Source: Lingula anatina (Eukaryota > Animalia > Brachiopoda). From it: a DNA stretch of 64,000 bases. The position numbers and the translations under genes are program-made. A model generated the notes under the pieces. That model had not been told where the DNA came from, searched no databases, and saw nothing but the letters and a program-made list of their open reading frames with translations. The DNA lies in assembly GCA_051362555.1 (NCBI GenBank), contig CM120645.1, positions 682,001 through 746,000 on the forward strand. Direction: 5' to 3'. Positions 13,801 through 26,700 of this stretch are shown here, one piece after another. The first letter of the stretch is position 1. Every line of letters starts with the position of its first letter.

Positions 13801-16800
13801 GTCAACTTTGTGATATCCACTGGTATGTCAGATAGCTGATTACCACTCAGATACAGCTTTTCTAGGTAATTCAGGCCACACAGTGCTATGGGGAATGTAG
13901 TGAAGGCATTGTAATTGAGGTCAAATCTTCTAAGCCCCTTCATCCTGGTGATATCCACTGGTATGTAATATAGCTTGTTGTTATCCAGGCCCAGCTCCTT
14001 TAGGTTAGTCAAGCTACACAGTGCTATGGGGAATGTAGTGAAGGCATTGTTATTGAGGTGGAATATTCTAAGCCCCTTCATCCTGGTGATATCCACTGGT
14101 ATGTCAGATAGCTGGTTGTTACTCAGGCTCAGCACCTCTAGGTTAGTCAAGCCCCACAGTGCTATGGGGAATGTAGTGAAGGCATTGTTTTTGAGTCTGA
14201 ATATTCTGAGCACTTTCAACCTGCTGATATCCACTGGTATGTCAGATAGCTGGTTGTTACTCAGGCTCAGCACCTCTAGGTTAGTCAGGCCACACAGTGC
14301 TATGGGGAATGTAGTGAAGGCATTGTTTTTGAGTCTGAATATTCTGAGCACCTTCAACCTGGTTATATCTTCTGGTATGTCAGATAGCTGGTTGTATGAC
14401 AGGTCCAGCATCGCTAGGTTAGTCAAGCCACACAGTGCTATGGGGAATGTAGTGAATGAATTATGGGATAGGTTCAACACTGTGAGGTGTGGCAGGTTGG
14501 ATATGGACTGTGGCAAAGAAGATAACCAGTTATGTGCTGCAGATATCTTCTTAACATTTCTACACCTGTCAATGGACTCTGGTAGGTTGACTGTATGAGC
14601 AGAGTCTATACGAAGATCAGTCCATTCCAGCACAGTATCTGGTGTCTTTGAATGTGGAGACAACTCTAACCTGTGTAAGAGATTAAGTTTCTCTTTGTGT
14701 GCTACTTCTCTGTAAGCCATGTCTCAGGAATGGAACAGTAGGAAGAAGTGTCACTGCTCTATATGTTTATGTTCATACATCTAAATGTAGGTAGAACTAG
14801 TAAATCTTTGGTAATTTGGTGGGTAATTATGTGTTTGTCATCAATTTTAGCAATATTTCCCCCCTGATAACATTTTGCCTTAAAGGAAGGTAAAAAAATT
14901 AGCTTAATCTTAAAACCATATTATTTTGTCCTTGTATGTTCTTGTTATCTGAAATTTAAAAAAAAATGGTAAAATAAGTATGCCAGATACTTATTATTTT
15001 GTTAGAAAAGCTATACACAGTAGTTAGGTATGTATTATTTGTTGCTAAAAATTACATTAATTATTTCCTGTGGTCCTCCACCAACATGCTGTTCTACAGT
15101 ATGACAGGTACTCTAGACAGCGACAAACTGGAAATATTTTAAGCATAGAGAAATGTTCTTGTGTATTTCTAAGGTACATTTCAATCATTTTGCTTAATGT
15201 AAAAATTAAATATTTGTTCACAAGGTGATTTTATTACCTTATAGGGATGTAATGTGGACTTGGACAAGTGTACAGGTGTTCTGAAAAAAATTAAGATAAA
15301 AAAATGCATTCAGTCCCATTACTGGTAGGTAACATTACAATCAACATGCATTAAGCTTTTTTATCTTTTGGAATATATTCTAATATTTGATATGTTGTAT
15401 TGTGGTATAAATACTTAGTAACCAATGAATAATTAAATGGATAATAACTCTTCGTTTTGGCAAAAAAAAAATGAATTTTCCTGGAGTAAACAACAATTTT
15501 CCCATACTAACCAATGGTTAATGAATCCATTTTTACATTCAAAGTTAGTCCCTGTTTTTTTTTCTAAAAAGTTTGGTTTTTTTGTTAAAATCTCTTAAGA
15601 GATTTTAACAGAGTATAGCCATCAATGGAGGTCACGTGGTCTAAAGGCAAGCTCAGATATCAGAATAATAGCTGTAACTGCCGTTTTTGTGGTAAAACAG
15701 AATATATTATATTTCTATGAGTTATTCACAATGTGTTTATTTTGAAATATAGATATCATACGAAGGAGTTATTATCCCTTTAATGTATACAAGTTTATTA
15801 AAGTATAATTGAGTTAAAAGAAAAGAGATGATTCAAGTTTATTCATGGCATTTATAATAAATAATCTTAAAACATACACAATAAAAAGAAATTTGGGTAT
15901 TACAACGTTATTTACCTTCTGGTTTGAAGTTAATAGTTTTGGATGGTATATAAAATGAAATGAGTATCATTTATACAATTTCTGGCTTTTATTTTTTGAT
16001 ACTACATATATGTATACTGGTTCAATAAATCAGGAAAAACTGATCAGCAAAAAAAAGAAAAAAAAGGAAAAAAAAAAGCAAGTGGTAAGCTTTTGTCTGG
16101 GAAGGAAATGATAGCAATCTTAGCTGATAATTTAACATAAGTTTGAACTGGGGTATGGATATTAATTAGTCAGTTAAACAAAAACGTGGTTAGAAAATCT
16201 ATAATAATGATATTTTTCCCAACAATTTTTACCTGAGCTGTTTACAAGTCACAGTCTCACTCCTGTAATATGGGTCACAAAACCTGCTGGTCGTACGTTC
16301 TCAGGAGGTGCCTCTATAAACTTCTGGTTCAGCTGGCCCTGTACTGTAACTGTAGAGGATGAAAACTAAACCAAGTCTCTTAACTTAATGCTGAGTTTTA
16401 TTAATGGAAAAAAAAAATTGGATATAGAGATTCTTCTGGAATTCTACCCTGTACCCATTTTAAAAGTAATAAACACTAGTTATTCTTTGTGGATCAGAAT
16501 TTGATCAACTAAATAGAAAGACCCACTGTTAGCCATGAAAAAAAAAATCCCGATTTATCAATTAAAATTTTTTTTTTTATAATTTGGAACATAAAACATC
16601 AAGATGTACTTACTTTGAACTACAAGTACTTATTCAGTCTAAACTGTGAACAACCTCTGGTGGTAAAATGGATTTTATAGCCATCTCGAACTTCTGGCCA
16701 TTAACAAGAACGCAAAAAGATGGCCTCTTCAAAATAAACATGTGATGTTGATAATTTAAAAATAAACATCATGTGATGTTGAACATTTTCTAGTGGTACA

Positions 16801-19283
16801 TGATTAGAGAAAATAATTAAAAGTACATTGTCTTCACAGGAGTCTAAGATAAAACATAATGTACTTCTGAGACTAAATTTTTAAAAAAGAGTGCTTTTGG
16901 TTGTAGAAATTATATTTTAAGTACATGTTTAAGCATAGTCTCGTGTAAGTATCGCAGTGACGAGAAAGATCTTTAGCCTAGTTTAGTCTTCCTATCTCTC
17001 CCAATTCACTCTACTGGTGTGTGTACAGAGGGAGGAGGTAGATTAAATATGTCACAAGACTTGGATGACACTGATGTTATCCAACTGTTATCAGTTTGTA
17101 CATTGAATGGCATTGTTCTGGGTTCATGACTTACTTACTGCAGTCAGAATTATTAATCACTGCGGAATTAATGTAACATAGAGATCAGAAAGAGGACAGC
17201 TGGACCAGAACAGGTTGAAGATCCTTGGAGACATTCTATCCGTGTCTCATATTGATATTTCTGTACTGAAAATGATTCTGACACTTCATTAAGAAAATAT
17301 ATATTTATACTGTATTTTGTACAGTATATTTTTCTCTGTCTTCAGTTATCTCCCTTATTCTGTAACTTATTTCAAATTCAGTAGTAATAAAACATCAATA
17401 TTCACTTTTTAGTAATAAAAGAAAAAAAAGATAAAATAAATAAACACCTGTATTAATTTTCTTTTCTGATTTTTTTCAGTCAGCCAAGAAATCCACTACA
17501 TTTATTTTTGGATTCCAGCTTTATGCTGGTTACATAATTTTAAAAAACATTTCCTTTTACACATATATTTTTATCACTTATGTCACAATAAATCATAATA
17601 TTGAATATTCTAGTTTGTGTTGGAGCCGTCTCCCAGCTCATCATCAATCTCAGCGACCAGTGGAAGTCAGACTAAGCCAGCTGTGGACTTTGACCTCCCT
17701 GCCACAGGTGCAGAACGGGCATTCCAAGAGCTGTTTTCACTCCCTGTATCTGAGGTTCCTCTGCCAGGTAAAATGTTCTCACCGTCAACACATAAGAAAA
17801 TATGGAATGGCATTGTGGAATATGAAATGAGTTTTCTGTGAAGGCGATATAATACAAGATGTGTTTAACAAAGAGAAATAAATCCAGCCCATGTCTGATT
17901 GTTTTTCTTCTGATATTATTATTATTATTATTATATTATTATTAGGGAACCCTCTACCAGGGCGACTGATAGATTTTAACGGATATTCACAGATATGTCT
18001 CTAGCTAGATAGATTGTCATTTTAAGCTCAAGTGACTTGACTTGAGACAATCTATCTAGCTAGAGACATATCTGTGAATATCCGTTAAAATCTATCAGTC
18101 GCCCTGGTAGAGGGTAATTATTAGATGTCTCCAGCACATGTTAACAGACGCAGAAAAATACATCTGTTGGTCTTCAGTTTTAACAAGAACAAGGATGTAC
18201 TGAATAATTAACATGTAATGATTTCAAAAAACGGACACAAGGGTTTAACAAGTATTTGGGGGGAAAAAAAGATTTATTACTGTCACTTTGGTGGTTGGGG
18301 ATTCTTGTGAAATGAAAAAACAAAACAGTTATTCTAGAAAATTAAATAATTTTGCATGCAAATGACAACACTTAATGGTGGTTATTTTTACATAAATTTT
18401 TTATTTAACATTATTTCAGACTGGAAGAGTGGGCGAAAGTGCGTGCTAATAGATAAAGGAAAGTCTATAACGTCCTCACTGGCTCATGGAAAGATGTACC
18501 TGACTAAAAGGTGTCCATTTTATATAACCTGGGGTTGATACTTAATACAATATTAGAGGCAGGGGTAAAGTAACTGCCTCTTTACTAAGTGTCTCTTAAT
18601 GTATTTCTGTCTAACAATTAAAATACAATTGAAAAAAATAAATTGAAACTCAATTTCAGACAAAGACCTTGAAGATTTTGATTATGAAATATGTTTTACC
18701 AGGAGATAATCACTGAGTGATATATTTTCCAGTTTCCTTTGTTTTGAAAACTCCAGGAATCCAGAGGAACATATAAATATCCCTCTCTCAGAAATCACCA
18801 GACTTATCAAGGTAAGCATTTCTTTTTTATTTGAAGTGTCAGTTCAAATTTGGGGTCATGTATGGGTAATTTCTTGATGAAAATCAGTTGCTTTACCTTC
18901 ATTGCAAATACATTGATACAGAAGGAAGCTAATTGTGGAACAGCAAGTGGAATGGTATTATTATTATTATTCAGTATAATTCATATTTATTTGATCATTA
19001 ATTTATTTTGATTTTTAATAAAGTAGTGTTATTTAAATATTTTAAAATTTAACTTATTGTGGAACAGCAAAATAAAAGAAACTTGTATTAATTGTGCTTT
19101 TGATTAGTATTTATTGAATCATTTACTAGCATAACTTATGTAATAGTTATCTACTGGTATAAAAAAATTAATTTAATTTAATTTAATTAATCTCCAGGCC
19201 AAACCATTTTCCTGGATGCCAGGAAGTGGGATGTCTCTAGAGATAACTGTCAAAGACAAGGACAAGGTAATTTTATACATCTA

Positions 19284-19328
<45 letters not shown>

Positions 19329-19667
19329 CTATCACCAGACTTAAACATGATGCCATGGCAAACCCACTGTTTTATTATTATTTTTGTATACTCAATATAT
19401 TATTAAAATATGCAGTTAGTACCTACTTGTACTTTTAAAGAATTGCTGAAAAATAAACAACAACAACAACTATATATATATATATATATTTGTAAAAATT
19501 ATTTTCAGCCGTATATATTTGGAGGAATATTACATCGAGATGCTGTCTATAAGAGCATCATCAAAACGGCCAAGGATGCCCATCTTGACTGGGCACTAGA
19601 TGTCTCTGCAAACAAGACAAGCTCAGTTCTCAGTTTGAGCTCACTGAGAGCTGCAGAAGACCAATAA
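3984..19667 (+). CDS. GRAMD4: GRAM domain-containing protein 4 (about 613 aa, 18 coding exons)
   Basis: Exons: 3984-4115, 4383-4566, 5185-5305, 6139-6212, 6606-6744, 6969-6994, 7562-7653, 7893-7984, 8699-8747, 9009-9080, 9280-9323, 9877-9986, 10301-10455, 17614-17767, 18420-18510, 18733-18811, 19198-19266, 19509-19667. All introns are GT-AG and the frame is continuous (1842 nt). Motifs match GRAMD4: EEPLAVKKLKKNVKRF, LADQMEKLKNLLTWQEPEQTQRL, RFPRVKEKYDTVYKMWKILPTDDQL, and GRAM domain GKMYLTKSFLCFE...PGSGMSLEI...FGGILHRD. A probable non-coding first exon lies at about 3250-3410. Confidence 0.92.
4581..4623. repeat. Poly-T tract (about 43 nt) in a GRAMD4 intron
   Basis: Directly visible; explains the poly-F tail of ORF 4398-4625. 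Confidence 0.95.
7680..7934 (+). repeat. Triplicated (ATTT)n-CAG acceptor plus the first ~42 nt of a GRAMD4 exon
   Basis: Three copies of tttcag|agttacctgtactttctttcaatgggctggatcctacctggt, with exon starts at 7722, 7800 and 7893. Confidence 0.95.
8056..8263. mobile_element. Degraded fold-back/MITE in a GRAMD4 intron
   Basis: Imperfect inverted arms (ctgatc..actaaat..cacttcaaaa vs ttttgaagtg..atttagt..gatcag) with locally raised GC. Confidence 0.5.
11224..14720 (-). CDS. ROCO protein, MFHAS1-like LRR-ROC-COR with a C-terminal CARD-like death-fold domain (about 1069 aa), nested antisense in a GRAMD4 intron
   Basis: Exon 14720-11795 encodes LRRs, P-loop GETEAGKTS, DFGG, THVD, SSK, a COR region and YLVCPHC. 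It splices in phase 1 (ACAG|GTAAAT ... TTTCAG|) to exon 11507-11224, which encodes VLQQNQDILAENIT...LNVFLQEDIITDHEYEWVK...FLDILTRKPVRAHETLCQCLQEQGQTDLLELIQ*. Total 3210 nt in frame. Confidence 0.9.
13800..14460 (-). repeat. Five coding 138-bp tandem units (two 23-aa LRRs each)
   Basis: The anchor cagtgctatggggaatgtagtgaa recurs at 13881, 14019, 14157, 14295 and 14433, an exact 138-bp spacing. Confidence 0.95.
17949..18115. mobile_element. Perfect fold-back element/MITE with 70-bp arms and a 27-nt spacer
   Basis: 17949-18018 is the exact reverse complement of 18046-18115. Diverged single-arm relatives lie at about 618-672 and 32353-32410. Confidence 0.85.
19286..19328. repeat. (ATT)n microsatellite
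   Basis: Directly visible. Confidence 0.95.
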
Positions 19668-21069
19668 GGTAGCGATTTCTGTGCTGACCTAAAAATTGCC
19701 ATATTCTCCACTGTTTATATTGACATGATGGCACGAATATTATGCCAATTTTAAGACCCTGTGAATCGGAATTTTTTTTCTTTTTTATATAATGAAACAA
19801 GATAATGTCAATGCTATGTTCCTCGATACGTGGCAATACACATACACATGTAGGTCTTGATAAACAATGATATCAGATTTCTTGTTTTGAAATTTCTGTT
19901 TTATTTCAGTTGCTGTCTGTTGAAGGTTTTACTGTTGCTTATTCAAGAGACCCTTCATATTTATATGGTCTGATGAATCATTTGAATCACAAATGTGATT
20001 GTATTAAGTCATTTTGATTGATATATGAACATGACTATCGTGTTGCAAAATTTTGAGATTTGATTTAATTGATCTCATAAACGGCTGTGATACTTATGAA
20101 TTAATTACCTTTAAGTTCTCAATGTATTTGGTCGCTTTTTACTGTGTATTCTGAGTCAAGGTTAACTCAATGATTTAAAGGTATATTATAGATAAGAATA
20201 GAGAATTCAAGAGTTTTTTATTTGTCTGAATTAGCAAAAACTGATAAGTGGATAATGGCATTTTTACAAATAAAGCTAACTGCCTTTGAAAAGAGTTTGT
20301 TTCTATTACAAAATAAGTTGTATTGTGATAAAAATATGTGAAAGAATTTCATATGTTGTTTAGTTCAGTCATATCTTTGATTGTATTTGTATGTTATTTT
20401 TTAAATAGTATCTATTTCAATATGTCTTGTAATTCAGATAAACGCGATATTTGAAAGGGAAATGTATGCACATATAATTAACATAAGCAGGAAAAAAACT
20501 GAAGGTAGGGTGGCATTGCCCTGTTTGCTTTTATTATTTTAAATGCAGTTTTGGTTTTTCACTTCAAATTTACATCTAATATTAGTGATGTTATTCCAAT
20601 GTTGTTAGTTATATTAAAAGTTATAGATATCTTTTCAATGCATAAAAAGTTTAGGAACTGAGAAATTGCTATATACTGTTTTATATATGCATAGACAAAA
20701 TTACGAATATTATATCCAAGATATATATATGTAAGTAACATAAGATGATTTGACTATTTTTTGTGTGCATTTTATACGTATATAAATAACTGCCATATTT
20801 AATTTCACTTCAGCTGTTTATTAAAAATAAAAACGCTGCAGCATAACGAAAGAATGGCTTCTTTTATTTCTTTTAGAGAAATATATTTCGTCTTTTAGAC
20901 AAAAAAAGTTACAGTCGTAATGCGCTTCTGACTTAAATCAGATGAACAAATGCTGATGGAAATCATTTAATTTGAAGCTAATTTGAAATTAGAACTTTGA
21001 ATAGCTGAAACATAGTTGTAAACTGTACATAAAGTGACACAGTTTGCCCTCTAAAATACCAATACGCAT

Positions 21070-21167
21070 CAGCGGGCCCCAACCCCACGCCAAGAGGGGG
21101 GTGGGGGTTTAGCTTCGCATCCGTGGACCCCCCTCCCCCCTTTTAAATAATCCTGGATCCGCCCCTG
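21070..21167. mobile_element. Degraded non-autonomous hAT-like MITE
   Basis: The right end tcctggatccgcccctg is typical of CAGGGGCGGATCCAG-type MITEs. It has G/C runs inside and a decayed left end. Confidence 0.4.
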
Positions 21168-21399
21168 ATACCCTAGTCACAATAAAGGCGGAATGAGCTA
21201 GAATGCCGTTGGAATGACAACTCAGTTTTTATATCTAGTAATATTCTTTTTTATTATTTAATAATTTCATCTGACTGAACCAATGTGTCTGTGTATTCAT
21301 CCACCTCTTCATAGGTTGTCAGATAATAGTGATGATAATGATAAAAATAATTATTTAGATTTATAAAATAAAGAATTTTATATAATGAAATTTAAGATT

Positions 21400-21720
21400 G
21401 CCAGATATATGATGAAAAAGTGTTCAGTCCTTTCCAATAATAATCGTGATATAGTAAACATATTCCTATCCTTTCTGAAGTTACCGTTCCTGACCAAACA
21501 TAATGCCGTTCACCAACAATGGCTGAGTATCTTAGGTGTGATTTCCTAAATGGCGGTCACAGGTTTCCAAAAGGTTGCTCAAGTACCAATCAAAGTGGGC
21601 TCATCCTCGATATGTTCGTGACCAGCTTCCATGGCTCCGGATATTTCGATCGTGTTAGATTGTGCTGGAAGCTGCGTCCTTTAATGTTAAGAAAGTTAGA
21701 CAGTCTTGTCATTTTAGCTG
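21400..21720 (-). mobile_element. Decayed LINE 3'-end fragment
   Basis: Homologous to 27300-27600. The minus strand encodes VGERHYVW, resembling the IGDExHY..C motif at the C-terminus of CR1/L2-group ORF2. Confidence 0.45.
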
Positions 21721-23194
21721 GTCGCACAGAGAGTGTACTGATCGCCTCGAGGCGAGTGAGCGAGGCGCAAGTGGATCTTCAAACGGCATGGTAAGATAAA
21801 AATTATTTCTTCAGGTATTTTGAGATTTTAGAAGAAACATGGGTCATATGTGATGTGAGGGTGTGTTAATTTCGCTTAAAAGATACAAAATCGCATTTAT
21901 TTTTAAGTTATCTTGTTTTGAAATAATTTGCTGTATCGCTCGATAGCGCCAAAAAGGATGTCATGGAAAATTTTCTATCGAATGTGTAAATCGTTGTCTT
22001 CTGAATTTTTCAAATGCAAACAACCTCGTATGCTAAAATTTAATTGTTGTTTGGCGTTTTTTAATGGTACATGTATGTGCTGGAGCTATGACGATGTTGA
22101 ACACCCAAAGCCAATATAGAGGTGCATTTGACATGCTAAAAATAAAAATGAATGAATTCAAAGTTGTATTCAATTTCTAAAACAAGTGTGTATAACAAAA
22201 ATCCACAACTGTCTCAAATTCAATTTAATTTTTAGTTTTTATCGTGTCTTTACATTATGTAAAGAGCCCTAAAAGGTAACGTATGTCCAGGTAACGTAAA
22301 GTTCCGGGTCATTTAATTTTAATGTTTATACCGCGTTCCGATATATTTTGTGGTGATTCAGTCATGGTAAACTATACTTGACGTAAGGATGTTTTTCATA
22401 AATATTTGAACTGTAAGTGATCGAAGAGGCTTTGCGTCATGGCTAATACTACGTAACGTATGTTCTCCACAAAATATTGTTAGAAAGTTTCATTTTGTCC
22501 TGGTACTTGGCGCAATACAAAACAGTGTTTTCTGTTGCTGACCTAAAAAAATATTGTGATTCTATGATACTTTGACATTTCTAATACAATGTTTGAATAA
22601 CTAGTGGAATAATAGTTTATTTAATGCTTATTTTACAGTAGGTAAGGTGTATTTTCCCCGTATTTTTAATATTCAGTGACAAACCAACTAAAGTAGCTAA
22701 AAAACAATTAATTTCTCTATATACAGAAGTTTATCATAATTTTTACAACGTTATATTGTAGGAGATAAATCTGAGAACAAAATCAGTTATGATTGAATTT
22801 TCAAAGTTAGTAAAACGTTTCATAGGTAGACGTTTTGCATTTGTGACAGTAACGTATGTTCCTTTTTTGGGGCTAGACACTGAATTATTTTCTTATCATT
22901 CATGGTTCCGGGAGACTAAATCTTTGAGAGAAACTTCTTCATGTGGGAACCTAAAATAAGCAAAACATAGTTTGCAATATGTGCACTAAATATTTCAAGA
23001 GGATTCCTGTGATCTCATTTGCATTAAGTGTCCGAAAGGGACCTTTAAAAACCAGGATTAAGTAATTCGCACCTCACAACTAAAGTGTAGATTACATTTG
23101 TCACGGATGTAGATAATATCCTACAAGATTTTCCATGCGTTCAGATTTCGGTTTGTCGGTTGAAAAGTGATCGTACGGAGCCCTTTTAGTCTCA

Positions 23195-23790
23195 TACCCC
23201 TATTCCACTCCCACTATGCATTCGACGAACCGCCAGGAGTTTGCAAATTTTAGCTATCGTGAGGAATCTTGGAATTTTGCACATTTCTGTTAGAAATCTT
23301 GACCCTGTAGAATTCAGTGACAACTTTGTTTCGATGAACTCAATAATATTCGTGGGATTCTACTTAAACGGCACGAATGTTGTCAAGAAACAGCTACGAT
23401 TTGCAAGAATATATGCTCGTGACTTACGAATACTTAACGAATATTAGGATTCAGTTCAGAGAAAGCTACATGTACATGTAAGCATCTGCCGAATGCACCT
23501 GCGATTCTGGTAAGATTTAAAAGTAATATTAAGTATTCTTGAAATTTCAAGGAATCTTCCCTAATGACAAGTATAAAAGCTATCACTCTTGCTTTACGAA
23601 ACCGTAGCCACACCGTTGTCAGATGAAGGCTTTTAGGATCCCTAGATGGAGGTAAAAAACATACGGAGGGATCAGTTTCGATATGTTACATGTAAGAATT
23701 AACAAAGATTTTCTGCATTCGGGAGTTCATGACTTAAATTTTGAATTTTAGCAATTCCTGAGCTGTCATTCTTTGCTAGTGGTTACAAAA
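23195..23790. mobile_element. Degraded PIF/Harbinger-like non-autonomous element
   Basis: The start resembles the MITE at 44948 (ccctatt..cgaac..caggagtttgcaaattt) and it has internal acgaat repeats. The end gtcattctttgctagtgg is the inverse of ccactagcaaagaatgac near 25874. Confidence 0.35.
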
Positions 23791-26700
23791 TGTTGAATTT
23801 GACCGAAAATTTCAAACTTTCTCTGGGAAGCTGTAATTTTGCGATGTGATAGCTACACCATCACAGTTTATCATTTCATAAAAAGGGAAACAGCAGCTGC
23901 CCTTTTTAGGGCACACAGGACAGTTGAACAGCTATACCCACCAAATCCAAGACGCGTTACCCTGGGTAATATATTTTGCACAAACTAATGAAAGTCTAAT
24001 GGAATGTTTTCAGTTTTAGTTTAAATCATAAGGGGGTGTTGTCTCAATGCTTCAAAACTGGTTTGGAAGAATTTAATCCACATTTCATAATTAATAAAAA
24101 TGGTGAATATGTGGGTCACGGTAACGTTATTGACGCGGGTACAAAAACTTTTTATAATCATGTAAATAATAACAATATTTTTGCTATTATCCATACACAC
24201 TTCATTCATGAGGGGCACACCACTTTCACATGCTTTTAAAATGGAATTGACAAACACAGAGGAATAATGCACATATTTTATTTACTATAACTCTGTCATA
24301 TGGGACACACACTGAACAAAGTTGATCTAAAGAATGTTCCAGATTGTAGTTTTTTATCAGAACTATTATTTTTTTATTATTATTTTAACACAATAAAGTT
24401 CAGTTAAATACAAAATTTAACAAAATGAAGTTCAGTGTAACACAAAGTTCATAATTATAACATTCTTCCTGACATATGTAGACCAATGGTGATATCTGTT
24501 CTGTGCTCACTAAGGCATCCACTCTTGGGATTCTGAAAAAAAATCACACAAAGAATCTGTTAACTCTGATAACGAACAATGGATAACCTAAGATCACAAA
24601 TAGTTTATTGCTTATTCAAACAAAGTACAGTGCATTATGAGTGGCAAACTCGCATTACTGAGACACATTTTCTTCACCCATTTTCGGTGCTTCATTGCGT
24701 AACGTAAGTGTTGCTAGTAATCCATTATTGCTGTTTTTACAGACGGTTAAATTTTAAACGCACGGAATACAGTGTAGCAGCTTAATTTAAGACAAAACTA
24801 AAAAAAAGTAATTCAATTTCGATGATTGAGTTTTCGAGAACAAGAGAACATGAATACGGTATCACCGCGTCACCATGTTCAATATGACCTTTAGTCCCCC
24901 ATGTGAAACAGACGCAAAACGAAAGTTCAGACGAAGTCACCCTACTTATAGAATGGTAAAAATCAATCGGTACACAAATATGTTGAAACAATTGAAGAAA
25001 AATTAAACGAAACTCATTATTTCTCACCTTCATACAAAGAAGATCCCAATAAACAATCCTGTGACGGTTAAATCGAGGGAATTACACCTGTGCCCTGCAT
25101 CCTATCTCGACAGCGTCATTGCGTTATGCGTTATCAGAATGGGCCACCCGCCAGTTTGAGCTGGTTTTTTTAGTGTGCAAAAGAAGCCATTCGTGTGTAA
25201 GACGTCATCAGTTAGTGAGTATGGAAGAAGATCGCTATCGATGTATAATTTTCACGCGGCATTTTAAAGTCGTCTGATAAAAATCGATCTCTGAAGTTTC
25301 AGCGTTGCGAACGTTATATTGGGACGCGGTGAAGAAAAATCGACCTTGCTGAGCAATAAATGTGAAATTCTTAAGAAAACTGATATTATCTTGGATTTCG
25401 TGACACAAACTAACCGACATACTACTTTGGACGATTGAACAGTTTTAATACGGAAAGATAGGATTAGATGAAATTTTCATCGGGGTGGGACACCGCATGT
25501 ATCGTAAGTTAAGCTAATTTTGTGATCATTTTTCAGTGACTTCAAATAAATTTTTATTTAAATAACAATTTGCACATTCTGTTTATTACATCTTCTTGCA
25601 GTAGATGTATTTCCTGCTTCAATAATCCATTCAAACCCTAAACAAACTGTTCTTAAATAGAGGTAGGGTCAAAATTCCACAAAAAAGGACGCCATTTTGA
25701 GGGTTATTTCGATATATTTTCTGCTTTTTCTATTTTTTTGCTTTTATAACAACATCCTCCTTGCTCATGCAGCTTCTTTGATTTGTTATTGAAACATACA
25801 CAACGATGTCATGAGAATTTGGTTGGCTATCTAAATTTAAATAACATTCTTGTTATGGCCCCCCTGCAGTGCACCACTAGCAAAGAATGACTGTGAGAGA
25901 TCGTGAAATCGGGACTAAATTTTGAACAGCTCAAAACCTTTGTCCCTATTTCACGATCTCTCAGGAATTACAAAATTGAATGAGAATAAATAAGATTCAG
26001 TTAAGGGCTTAAAGAATTTATCACGATTAAGGGAAAAACCGTGGGATATATTAATCCCTAGGGGCTCTTGGAATTCGCAGTCGGTAAGGAATACGGGTAT
26101 CAGTGCAGTTGTGCACTTCGTTGATGATGGCTACGTTGTCGTTGCAGATCTCTACGATTTTTAGTGCTTATGTGGTCAAAATGAGGAAAGGCATATCGTG
26201 TATCAGATTTGTGCAAGTGAAATACACTTAAGTTATTAACAACGTTATAAGTACGCCGTATAGTACGGCTTTTGCATGGCAAATGTAATTTAGGTTCACT
26301 TAGTTATTTAGGTTTGTTAATCGAGGGGTCACATAGGCCATCTTTTTCCCATTATTTACATCAGGCGCCTTCCTTCAAACCCCTCAATCTGCTCCTAGTC
26401 TGTGTTGGTATACCAAGTCTCTGAAGCATGCAGAATTTCTCGGAGTGAAAGTGTCCTGTGTACCTGTACATGATCAATTCTTTCAATTCTTTTTTAAGCA
26501 GTTTCACTTTTATCCCCCCCCCCCTTCCATTGATCTGTGGTTCTTTTCCTCCACTCCAAATCTTGATTTACCTAATACCCTAGGCACACTGGAGGCGGTA
26601 TGAGCTTTATGTACATTGCCGTCACATATTCAGGAATAGACTTACGTTGACATGGCTCCACAAATTTTTCATTAAAACAAAGTCTAACAACTGCCATAGA

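Noticed and set aside
13441-14598. Plus-strand ORFs of 102 and 207 aa
   Set aside because: Antisense shadows of the ROCO CDS and its repeats.
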